In this document: positions 1-11,280 of the stretch, in pieces
Numbering within the stretch: the stretch's first letter is position 1
Layout of the letters: each line of letters starts with the position of its first letter
NCBI GenBank assembly: GCA_028534125.1
Contig: CM052817.1
Span: 80,788,001-80,852,000, forward strand
Length of the DNA stretch: 64,000 nucleotides
Direction: 5' to 3'
Origin: Lama glama
Lineage: Eukaryota
Made by a program: the position numbers and the translations under genes
The notes under the pieces: model-generated
What the model saw: only the letters and a program-made list of their open reading frames with translations
What the model was told of the DNA's origin: nothing
The model's database searches: none

Positions 1-1529
1 CGTATCAATCAGAGAGAGCATAGAGCATGAGGGAAATTCTTCCACCTATGGAGCAGCATACTTCTGGAAAGAGATACTTGTTACCATTAACATGAAAATA
101 TATGACTGCCTCTGTTTTATCCAGTTCTAGGATCATCTTCAGATTATAATTTGACTTCTGTGCACTTGCTACTTAAAAAAGAAAAACTACAGAAGATTTG
201 AGTATCCTGTCTTTTTGGCAGTTTTATTTTTTACTCTATGTTACTCCAGTAAAAAAAAAAATATCGATTATATACAGTCTCTTGTGAATTATATTAGTCT
301 GAGGTTTTAATGTGTAGTTCAGACAGCTTTTGTCACTGGTATGATCACTGCACACAACATTATGAACCAGACCCAGGATTTTGATGCTTACCCTCTGAAG
401 CTTCATCTGGGGCTAAATGACTCATTTGTGCAAGCTGAAAAATGTTGCCCCTTCCTCTGAGTAGACATAGCTTTGCACCAGGGAAGCTGGCTTGGTGAGC
501 AAAGGGTAGGTTGGATCTCACCTCTTATTTTCCTCTTGATTGGTGCCTTTGGTCAGTGACAAGCCTGTGCAACCACATCAGTGGCTCTGATAGCACCAAG
601 TTCCTTAGCAGTTGGCAAGCCTGATGGCATGCTACCCAGTTTGTGTGTATTTTTTGGAAGCATATTGTATGTATCTTTCAGATTCATATTCAATGCACAA
701 AAATGGCAAATTAGGGGTGGTTATTTTCATTTTGGAAGTTTATGTGTTAAATAGGGCATGAAAATTATTTGTTTAAATAATTTCTCCCATTATTTAATTT
801 AGAAAAAAGTTGAAGAACACATCTAATAGTTGAAATATATTTTACTTTAAAAAGTTTTTGTTTGTTGAGTCTCACAAAAAGTCACATAGATGACCTGTCT
901 TAGCCACACCCCTCTCCTATTATCAGAATAGCTACAATCTGCAACGTCTACTCTTTTTTTCCTTAGATTTAGAAAGTTTTGAACACACATACACACAAAT
1001 ATTTATGGCAGATTGTACTATTGTTCCTAATATTCCTTTTCTCCTTACCCCAAAGAAGATAACGCATTCTTTTCCCATTGACGTGCAGCATGGTCGTCTG
1101 ATTTGCTCAAGCCAAGGGATATGCCAAATCTGAGAAGTTCTTTCACTTCTGCCCCTCCACCCCATTCCCCTCAAGAAAAGCAGGTATGAGATGGGTGCTG
1201 CTCCTCCAACCTGGATTCTGGATTGAGAAAACAAATGAAGCAGACTCCATCAGCCCACAGCCTGCACCAGAGCCACAGCCAGCCTACAGTCCTCATTTAA
1301 CATGAGTGAGAAATAACTGCCAGAGTTAGCTCTGAGATTTGGGGCTTGCTTGTTGCCACAGCAAAAACTATCTAATACGTGTTTTAATATTACTATCATA
1401 ACAAGTATTGCTGTAATGTTCCCAACCCTCATTGCTGCTTTACACTTTTACACCACTGGCGGTTGTAAACTGCTCTCAAATGGACGACCTCATCTGATAC
1501 TCACAGCTGCAATTAACAGTAGGTGCCTT

Positions 1530-1620
1530 AAGTTGACACTAAGAGAAGATCACGAATTCTCTCAAGGTCAAGGTGCTGGTAAGTGGTAGGACAGGACCCT
1601 TAGTTCAAGTTGTCATTTTT
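1530..1620 (-). mobile_element. MIR SINE fragment (degraded)
   Basis: CAAGGTCAAGGTGCTGGTAAGTGGTAGGACAGG resembles the antisense MIR core CAAGGTCACACAGCTAGTAAGTGGCAGAGCCAGG. Confidence 0.45.
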
Positions 1621-1749
1621 CTGGACCTTAGTTGACTAATCTCCAATCCACTTTACTAACTTTTTAAGGGTTGCACACATCCCCATTGTCCATCATGCCA
1701 GCCCATGGTGACTCTGTCTGTACAGGTACTTCATCCATCCAAATTCCCT

Positions 1750-2325
1750 AACTGGCATTTCAAAGACCTTCCACCAAGATCAAGGGAAAAATAAAAACCC
1801 TCATCATATCCTCCACACAATTCTGAGTTGTCTGTGTGCTGCAGGTCTCTCTAGCCTCAAATTCTTACTTCATCGCCACCTCGATTGCTCCCTGGCCTCC
1901 GGCCACACTGGCTTCTTTTCAGTGTCCCGGGAGAAGTCATGCTTTCTTCCACTGCAGGGTTTTGTGTATATTATTCTTTTCTGCTAAAATGCCCCTTCTC
2001 ACCCTACATTCATCCCCACCATCTACCATCCCCTTCCCCTCAAAATCTAGGTCACTCCTATCCTTTCTTTAAATCTCTGCTCTGTAGTCAGTGGCAAGAC
2101 CTCTTCTGACTTTCCAGATCTCACATTGAAGCCTAGACCCTGAAAGGACATTTCCTTCTGCCTCGACTGGGATTGATGTGGTTCAGTTTGTATAACGTCT
2201 CTAAACTCCATTCTTTTCCCTTTGTTATTATTTTATGAGTGGTTATTTATTTTACTCACCCTAGTACTTAGCACACTCTCTGGTACCTAATAGGTACTCC
2301 ACAAACATTTCGTAAATCACTGAAC
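1750..2325 (+). mobile_element. LINE-2 (L2) 3' fragment
   Basis: CCACACTGGCTTCTTTTCAG internal motif; ends CCTAGTACTTAGCACACTCTCTGGTACCTAATAGGTACTCCACAAACATTTCG, like the L2 3' terminus. Confidence 0.7.
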
Positions 2326-2522
2326 ATTCAGACACGACCCTAAACCCTAACTCAGCAGCAATTGGTGCAACTGAGCCGACACCAATGGGATGGGATTGTC
2401 AGGTTTTGATAAGGGGAGGGACTGCTGTGGGGAGTTGGAGACGGTGATGACAAGGGAGTTTGGTGGGAAGCAGCCAAGGGGCTGTTGGTGGCCGCTGCAG
2501 CATGCCAGGTAATAATCAGAGA

Positions 2523-2538
2523 GCCACTAGGAGGCAGC
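2523..2538 (+). promoter_or_regulatory. Candidate CTCF-binding motif in a locally GC/CpG-rich patch
   Basis: GCCACTAGGAGGCAGC matches the CCASYAGRKGGCRS core with one mismatch. Confidence 0.45.
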
Positions 2539-3026
2539 CCCCCGGGTGTGTCTAGCGGAGGCTCACCCCACTGAGGACGCACACGCCAAGGACTCACTCA
2601 CTTCTCTCCAGCCGCTCAAGTCTTCAAACTTTCTTTCCAGTTTTTACAAAGCTGATGTTTCTAGACTTGCTTGCCAGTGAAGCTTAGAGATTTCCACGTG
2701 TTTTCCTCACCCTTTCATTTTCCTGAGTTGTGTTTTTCTCTGTAGATTTATTCCTTTTTTTCTTTTGCTTGAAGGAACAGCAACTTTGAAGCAAAGTAGA
2801 ACAGAGGATGAAGTATACCCTCTGAATCTATGACTGGCCCACGGTGGGCCTAGTTTTGGAGCCAGGTTTGGATGCCCTCCTGGTATCTCTGTTAGTCTTT
2901 GGGGGATTTTTCTCTCTCTTTCATTGGGCTGCTTCCTAATCTTATTTCGTAAACAGCAATATAAAATTTCCACTTAAAAAGAAAAACAAAGAAATAAAAA
3001 ACTTCTTCCAGGTTTTCTGATAAAGA

Positions 3027-3030
<4 letters not shown>

Positions 3031-3070
<40 letters not shown>
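3031..3070. repeat. (TG)20 microsatellite
   Basis: Perfect dinucleotide run read directly. Confidence 0.98.
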
Positions 3071-3071
<1 letters not shown>

Positions 3072-3169
3072 TGGGGGGTGCAGAATTGGCCTTACACCTT
3101 TGAAAATAATATGTTGATTTATGATGATTAAAAGGGAGAAGTAGAATGGAAACAGGAAAAAATAACACT

Positions 3170-3550
3170 GGTTTGCCTACGAGAGACTCAGATTAGAGGT
3201 AAGGATTCATTTTAAGAATGATGAGGGAGGTGTGAGTATTGATCTGGGTAGGAGCTACTGACTGTGAGCAGGACATCCAATGAGGCTAACCAGGGAAACA
3301 GCTCAATGGGCGATACTTGGAAAACTAAGACCCCATTACAAAGCTGGGGGACTGCATCAGAATGCACTTGAACCCCGGCATGCACACATTTAAATCTCCC
3401 AACCCAGTTCCTCCCTTTTGGTCAAAGTGCACCCAAGTCATCCCCAGTGGAGAGTTCACATTGCATGGTCCAGAGTCTTGGAAGGTCCTCACTTATCTAA
3501 AGGTCTCCTCTGTTTGGGGAGCTCAGGGGCTGGCTAAGAAGGCTTAACAT
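3170..3550. mobile_element. Possible ancient ERVL-type LTR relic (family uncertain)
   Basis: Weak resemblance to antisense LTR16/LTR33-type sequence; heavily diverged. Confidence 0.25.
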
Positions 3551-4704
3551 TTTTCTACTAAAAATGACACACACCCACTTTCTCCCCTTCCATGGCATGT
3601 GCAAATCTAGTTAGCTGAATGTAGCTTAGAGACAGTCCTACACTGCCACGATGGGTACAGGCACACGCTTAGTCATACAAAATAGCACCGTTAGCAAGTG
3701 TGTGTGCTAGCACATGCCATTAATTCATCAAGTGAATTCCTGTTTGTTCTAAGTCTCCACTGAGACCCCAACAATATGTGATTCCGTGAAACATTCTGCC
3801 ACAAACTTGGTTCTGTCCCTTGTCTGTCCTCCCTTTGCTTGGCCAACCCCAGTTTAGGATCTCCTGACAGAGGGCCAGCACTCACATTGCAAAGTTTTCA
3901 TTTTTGACCTGATATCTTTGATTTGCTCTGCTACTGTTCCTCTTTGTCTGATCTTTTCATCATCCCTTTATTCTTGTCTCTTCTCCTTCATATCTTAGTA
4001 CCAGGCTCCTCGCCCACACACATCTGATCTACCCATCCTCACTGTCGGTTTCCAGGTTGGCCTCAGCCAGAATGTGATGGTACTATACTTCTTTACAACA
4101 TACTTTTCATTGTAACATAAAATGTTACAGCAATTCAATGATATATATTCTTCTTTATTTAAGAATACTTGTGACACTGTAATTTTTTTTTCACATGGGT
4201 AGGTCTGCCCTCCGTGATGTCTCCTTATCATCTTGCTGGTGAGTAGAGACGCCTGTCATTGAGATCTTCCCCACGCCTAAAGACTACCAGAATCAGGGCT
4301 TTTACATAGGGGAATAGTAATAAAAACCTTCTGTGTGGCAGCCTGGGCTTTGAATAGGGACAGGAGGTGTATCAGGCTACAAGCCTTGTATGATCTCCTT
4401 GAAAATATAGAAGAAAGATGAGTTAAATAGGGTTTTCAGCATCACAGATTCTGTGTGTCTCTGTAATGCCCTGGCCAGTTAGCTCTGCCTATCCCTTGTG
4501 CTATGTCATCCCCAATGGATTATTCTGATTTCCCCTAAAAGTGAGAAAAAACAATTTTCTCTATTACTGGCATTAAAGGGTGGGGAAGCATCTTTATTTC
4601 TCTATTTCTGGCAATAAAGGGTCAGAAAAACTGCTTTCCTCTTTGGTCCTAAGCAAAGGAATGGGAAGATTATTAATTTTAATATGAAATTATTTAACCA
4701 TATA

Positions 4705-5283
4705 AAATAATTTTATATGATCCAGCAATTCCACTCTTGGGTATATACCTAAAATAATTGAAAGTAGGGACTCAAAGAAATATTTTTACACCATTGTTCA
4801 TAGCAGCATTATTCACAATGGCCAAAAGGTAGAAATGACCCACATGTCTATTGACAGATGAATGGATAAACAAAATGTGATATGTGAATTCAATGGAATT
4901 ATTTTTCAGCTTTGAAAAGGAAGGAAACTCAGACACTTGCTAAAATAAGGATGAATCTTGAGGACGTTATGCTAAGTGAAATAAGCCAGTCACAAAAGGA
5001 AAAATCCTGCATAAGCCCACTTATACGAGGAACCTAGAACAGTCACATTCACAGTGATAGGAAGTAGAATGGCTGTCGGGGAGGGAGGGAGGCAGGGAGG
5101 ACGAGTTATTGTTTAATGGATACAGCCTTTCAGTTTTGCAAGAGGAGAAGAGCTCTGTACATGGATGGTGGTAATGGTAGGACAACAATATGAATATGTT
5201 TAATGACATCTAACCGTACACTGAAAAATGGTTAAGATGATAAATTTCACATCATGTGTATTTTACACCTATTAAAATTTTTT
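4705..5283 (+). mobile_element. L1 3' end (L1MB-like), 5'-truncated
   Basis: ATGATCCAGCAATTCCACTCTTGGGTATATACC, TTCATAGCAGCATTATTCACAAT, ATGCTAAGTGAAATAAGCCAGTCACAAAAGG and AAAATGGTTAAGATGATAAATTT are hallmark L1MB 3' motifs. Confidence 0.92.
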
Positions 5284-5314
5284 TAGACGTCACCTCTAAC
5301 ATGTGAAACCAATT

Positions 5315-5500
5315 ATAGGTTACCTACTATGTGCCAGATGTTGAACTAGGCACTTTACATACATTTATTACTGATAAATATTATTATTCTCATTTTACAA
5401 GTGAAGAAGCAGAAGTTCACAGGAGTTAAAATAATTTCATGAGATCATGCAATAAAGCAGCAGAAATGAAATCTGAATGCAGGCCCGTGTAGTCTTCACT
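5315..5500 (-). mobile_element. MIR SINE
   Basis: TACCTACTATGTGCCAG and ATTCTCATTTTACAAGTGAAGAAGCAGAAG (antisense MIR core). Confidence 0.75.
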
Positions 5501-6539
5501 ACGCCACACGTACTTGTGCACACAGACACACACGCAACCCCGCACACACATAGGATTCTGTATTTTCATCTCAGTGTATAATGTGTATTATCCTTCAGCT
5601 TAATTAATTGTGTTAATTACTATAAATACAAATGTTGAGGCTAACCACTTAATGAATATGGCAGAGTTAAGCCACGTAATCACCGTATGGTGTGTGCCAT
5701 GGACCATTTCTCATTGCTGAAGGCATCTGAGAGGCAGAAGTACTGGGCAAACACAGCTTTACTGGCTGCTGAGGTAGCAGGGAATGAGACTGATTGTTTA
5801 GGCTTCAGGCTTTGCAATTACAAGCTGGCATTTCAGTAACGACAATTTAAAATTTAAGTTCCAAAAAGGCTTAAGACCAGGTCCATCCTCTGACCTTTTT
5901 TTCTCCCACAGTTTTGAGATTACTTTCAACATGTATTTGGTGGTGCTGCTAGAAGATTTTTCTAAGCATTTTGATTTTTTGTGTCCAAATCTGATTGAAC
6001 TTGTTATGTGTTCATTGTGTAACAAGAACAGTCTGTCTGGTGTAGGCAGGAATTGGGTCCCCAGTACACAAAACAGCCTTGGCCCTGCTGGAGCATGTAT
6101 TTGTAGCAGGCACAGAGGCAGGGTAATTGGCTACCTCCTGGTTGTAAGTGCAGGTATGTTAACTGCAGGCTTGAGAGGAACCTCCATTTTGGGTTGCAGT
6201 TTATTATTAGGTGAGGAAATTACTGGACACCTCCAGCTGCCATTAATCAGACACAGAGTCAGACTGGAGCCAAATGAGAAGCCTGTGGGTGGATTCTGCC
6301 CGGTGCTGTGGAAATACAAGAAGACAGAGACAAATGTTTTCCAGCCTAGCAGCACTAAACTCTGCCCTTTCACAGTCCTTAACATGCTTGTTCAAATTGA
6401 TTTAGTTCATTTCCCCCCTCAACCTCACCATCCATTTTCCTTGAAGACGGACAGTTTTATGTGTTGCTACCATGTTATTATGTGTTGCTACTCTGCCGGT
6501 AGCTATAGTGTTTCAGCAACATTTACTTCCAGACGAAAA

Positions 6540-7420
6540 GGATAAGTGAGGAGGGGAGTGGAGAGAGAGGGAGGTGAGGTTGCGTCATTTTAATTCCTTT
6601 TTTATGGGTGCAGAACATGCCCATCATGGCACTGACATTCTCTCTCCTCTCCCCACCCCCTCTTTTCTTTATTCCTTTTCTCTGTCAATGATTTCCATGA
6701 AAAAGCCCTGAATAACATTTCCCACTTGAGAAACACATCTGTCAGGTGATGTCAACGCCTGGCTTCCTCTTCTTCCTGTTGGGTTCAAAACGTGGCCTTC
6801 TCTCATGGTCCTGGAATGCTGACATGGTCGAGTGGCCAGAGCCAAACACAGGTAGGGTCAAGCTGAAAAAATCGACGGGGGCCTTCTGTCCTCAGCTTAG
6901 CTTTGGAGGGAATGGGAAGAATCTAGGAAGCGATTTATTGTCTCTGCTGCTGTGTAAATTCAGAAGAGGGGGATGGCGGAGAGGAAAAAAAAAAAAAAAA
7001 CGAGACTGCAAACAGCCCTCTGTCAGCTGCAGAGACGTCAGTCAAGACATTCCAAGTGCTGGTCCAGTTGGAGACACTTGCCTCAGGATAAGCAGGAATT
7101 CAGATCTGACCCTCACCCTCAACGTTTTTGGAAGTGGATGAAAGTGTCTTATCTGAGCATGTAAGAATATTTCTGGCACTGAAGGCCACAGACGAAAATT
7201 CAGAGTTAAAATAAATACTCGGAGAAGGAGAGGAAACAGTGAGGTTAAAGGTCTGATCAGATACGCGCCTCTGAGCTCTCTGACTTCACCACACGCTCGC
7301 TTTATTCCATCCGGTTTCCGTGTACTAACGTTCGCCGCAGCAAACAGAAAGACTCTCTTCACTCTTCCTGCTTTTGTGTGGACGGGGAGAAGACGACAAG
7401 TCCGGTGATTTAGGTGGACA
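6540..7420 (+). promoter_or_regulatory. Candidate promoter/enhancer, CpG-enriched and repeat-free
   Basis: CpGs visibly denser than in the flanks (especially 7190-7410); CRE-like TGCGTCA 6581, TGATGTCA 6747, GACGTCA 7034; TEAD-type TGGAATGC 6812 and ACATTCCA 7047; E-box CAGCTG 7024; splice donor CAT|GTAAGA at 7160/7161. Confidence 0.5.
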
Positions 7421-8640
7421 AATACAAATAAAATAAGCAAAATAAAGTTAGATAAGCCAGTTTGAAGTGTGTAACCAGATATGAGTATTTTCCACTCTTT
7501 CCCGTGCACCAGTATTTAGTTATGTATAGTGCCTGGGTCTGTGGACCAGTCATGATTATTACTCAGTAACAGAAAAGGTTTAAAATCATATCCTTAGAAT
7601 GAATTTGCCATTTTATGAAGAAATAGAATCTGGGGAAGGACACTTAGTGAGATAGCCATATGCTTACATACACACGCACACTTTTTGTTTTTAAAGAAGA
7701 AAATGGTATTACTCCAGCACAGATTAAGCTTAAGGATCGGGGTCTCAGTCATCTCATGACTTTCCAGGTGAGTCCTCTCTGGGCAACTGGAGGTCACAGC
7801 GAGGACACTCTGAGTGGGTGCTGAGATAGTGTGTGTGGTAATCCTTATGCCATCAGCATGTAGATGACAGTCCCTTGTTTCCCTGCCGTTCTCAGGGTTT
7901 GCATGGTTGACTGTTCCTAATCAGAGATCACCTTGGTGACACACCGAGTTCCTCTGAAGCTGGGCACCGGTAGGCCCCCAGGGAAATGAAGCACGTGGCT
8001 ACTTCAGCCAGACAGTCAGTCTCTGTTTGATGACTGTGCAATGACTGAGAAAGCCTTCTGACTTCACTCCTGTGCTCCGGCATTGTCATGGCTTTGGTGC
8101 TTGGAGCATCGATTCGGCACTGCCTTGTGAGATCCAGGTGGGCAAATGAATTACCCAGACTCTCTTTCTGCAACAACTGAGCTCCCTTTGATGGGATGCC
8201 ACGCAAATACCACTTGATAACTCAAACTTTCTCAGGAAGAAGATCCAGCAGATCACAAAACTACTGTCAGAAATCTTTTCTCCTGACAGTACCTTTTAAG
8301 TTATTTAAAATCTCTTTTTAAAGGGCATGAGAACATATGTGCCCAAACGACTTATTCATTGAAAAAGTTACCTTTATTGTTTTGGAGAATGTGCTGCAGA
8401 AAGTTTTCATAGTACTACCGGGAAGCAGGAGATTTTATGACCATTTGTTCAGAATCCAAAGTTGGGATGTACGTTGTAAAACATTAGGACTGTCTTTCTG
8501 GGAACCACAGAACAGATGTTTATAATCAAGAATGTTCCAGAAAATTGGAATAAGTGATTGCCACAGTAATGGCTTAAATAATTAATATTTTAGTAGCTGT
8601 TAGTCATATTTTATCTGTGTCAATCTTTTCCCTCACACAG

Positions 8641-8945
8641 GAAAATAAAAATGAATCAGTAAAAACATTTTTACTTGGATCATCCAAGGAACTCTCTCAG
8701 GAGACAGAGGAGAATCCAGACAAAGAACTGATAAAACTGGTTGTCTTAATCTGCCACTTCCCTCATTCTGCCAGAAAGTTAGCAATCCAATGTGAGCATG
8801 ATCAGCAGTGTGTAAAAAACCTATAATTAAGGACTCGATGTTTTCTCTACTGGCTTTATCTTTTAAATAAGAACACCTCTTCAACTGTAAACAACAGCTC
8901 TTGGTGGCTGTTTTTATTTGAATAAAATTGTGTTTAAAATTGTTA
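8641..8945 (+). other. Candidate terminal exon of an unannotated plus-strand transcript
   Basis: Acceptor TCTTTTCCCTCACACAG|G at 8640/8641, AATAAA at 8921-8926, GT-rich sequence downstream. Confidence 0.3.
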
Positions 8946-9865
8946 AAAATTACAAGGTTTTGTCCACATTAAATCATAATTTGTGTGTGTGTGTGTAGCT
9001 TTGTTATAAAATATTCCTTCAGAAGATTGGAATCTATTAATCATGTTTGTGGGATGCTAGTAAGTGGCCTTATGCTACCAAAGAAGGATTTGTGTTTCAC
9101 AGGGGCAGATGGAGAATAATTGAAAGAGAAAACTAAATTTTATTCTCAAGTATAAATTATCATAATACAATATGCCTATCTCTTATATTCTTTCCACCTT
9201 CTATTATTTGCTGACGGGGTCAGGCTTGCCTTTCCTTGTTCCCTGTTTTCCAGCAAGGCACTGTTAAATATGGAAGGGAAACCACTGCTTTGAACATAGG
9301 AGGATGGCCCTGGCCTTCGCTTCGGTTCAGTGAATTCGGAGAGCTGCGTGTTAAGGGTGATGGGCTGCACTTTGAAGCCCTAATGGGCAAGACTTTCTGC
9401 TGCAGAGCAGGAGGCTTCAACTTGGTCGTATGGTAGTACAGTGTGAGAACAAAGGAAAGAGGATCACAGTGAAGATGCCACTGAGAAAGACCATGCAATC
9501 ACCTGGACAATCAATCCTTTTTAGTTAAATACTTGTGACTGCATTTTGTTTGGACTACAAGCCAAGGGAAGTGATTTTGGAAGACGCTTGGTACAGATTC
9601 TCATCAGTTATATCAAACAGCCTTACACAGCATGAACACACTGTAAGAGTACAGATTACTTTCCAGAATTCCAGAAAACACAACCCAGTAAGAAATCTTA
9701 AATCATTCTATTCCACATCCTTCAAAATTGAGAGCAGGCAAACACAAGAGCTGGCCATCATGAGTCCATCTCATTACTTTATTCAAACTATGGCTCATTT
9801 GACTCTGTATCTCAGTTTTTATTTTTAATGAGAGAACTTACATGCTTGCCTTTCTGTTCAGTTTC

Positions 9866-10010
9866 CTTTTTCTTTTTTAACATTTTTTATTGATTTATAA
9901 TCATTTTACAATGTTGTGTCAAATTCCAGTGTTCAGCACAATTTTTCAGTCATTCATGGACATATACACACTCATTGTCACATTTTTTTCTCTGTGATTT
10001 ATCATAACAT
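9866..10010 (-). mobile_element. Lineage-type (camelid-like) L1 3' end running into an assembly gap
   Basis: T-rich tail then CATTTTACAATGTTGTGTCAAATTCC...CACAATTTTTCAGT, closely similar to the copies at 35475 and 39794. Confidence 0.85.
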
Positions 10011-10510
10011 NNNNNNNNNNNNNNNNNNNNNNNNNNNNNNNNNNNNNNNNNNNNNNNNNNNNNNNNNNNNNNNNNNNNNNNNNNNNNNNNNNNNNNNNNN
10101 NNNNNNNNNNNNNNNNNNNNNNNNNNNNNNNNNNNNNNNNNNNNNNNNNNNNNNNNNNNNNNNNNNNNNNNNNNNNNNNNNNNNNNNNNNNNNNNNNNNN
10201 NNNNNNNNNNNNNNNNNNNNNNNNNNNNNNNNNNNNNNNNNNNNNNNNNNNNNNNNNNNNNNNNNNNNNNNNNNNNNNNNNNNNNNNNNNNNNNNNNNNN
10301 NNNNNNNNNNNNNNNNNNNNNNNNNNNNNNNNNNNNNNNNNNNNNNNNNNNNNNNNNNNNNNNNNNNNNNNNNNNNNNNNNNNNNNNNNNNNNNNNNNNN
10401 NNNNNNNNNNNNNNNNNNNNNNNNNNNNNNNNNNNNNNNNNNNNNNNNNNNNNNNNNNNNNNNNNNNNNNNNNNNNNNNNNNNNNNNNNNNNNNNNNNNN
10501 NNNNNNNNNN
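10011..10510. other. Assembly gap (500 N)
   Basis: Run of exactly 500 N. Confidence 1.
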
Positions 10511-10766
10511 ATCTTTCTCCCCCTAATCATTATAGTGACTATAGGTGTAGCTCCTTTCCAAGCCTCTTGGAAGGCCTCTTGTATATTGCAGTAGGATTTC
10601 TGGAAAGGCTGAGTTAGAAAGGGGGAGTTCTTTCAAATATTCTTTGACTTTACATCTGGCTGGGATTTAAATCCTGAACTCTTTATCAATAATTTGGAAT
10701 AATGTCTCCATTCTAGACTACACAATTCAAGAATGAAAACTTGAGAGTTTAATGACAGAACAGTTT

Positions 10767-10870
10767 AATATATATATATATTAAATAATATATATATATA
10801 TATAATTTGTATATAATGATATATATGCAGTTATATATAATTATATGTAAATTATATATACCTATTACAT
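10767..10870. repeat. (TA)n-rich low-complexity tract
   Basis: Interrupted ATATAT runs. Confidence 0.9.
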
Positions 10871-10999
10871 ATTAATGTGTATGTATAATTTACTTACACA
10901 TATGCACTCACATTCCCTTAGTGTGTAAATGTATAATAAAGGAAACAAAGTGAAACAGATTTCCCTTGTGCTTAAAAGTTACTGTGTCGGATTTAGTAT

Positions 11000-11280
11000 A
11001 ATTCAACAAATATTTAAAGAACAACAGTATATACTAGGTGTTAGCAACAAAGAGAAAATAAGATATATAGATTTTTGTCCTTAAGGTTCTTATGGTATAA
11101 TTTAGGAGACTGAAAAGTAAACAGAATTTTATTGTGTGACAAGGTTAATGGCAGAAGCGCTGGGACAGCATCGTGTCCAGGCTGCTGTGCATTGCAGGTG
11201 CACAGACTGTGCTAGAGGGTTGGAAAATGTATAGAGAATTGTCAGAAGAAAATATGACCTAGAAGATTGCATTTTGACGT
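11000..11280 (-). mobile_element. L2 3' fragment
   Basis: ATTCAACAAATATTTA start followed by degraded antisense L2 sequence. Confidence 0.55.

Noticed and set aside
5931..6545. 204-aa plus-strand ORF, the longest outside repeats and gaps
   Set aside because: No recognisable domain and a composition typical of random non-coding frames; no supporting gene structure
9916..10617. 233-aa and 194-aa ORFs
   Set aside because: Artefacts of translating through the 500-N gap
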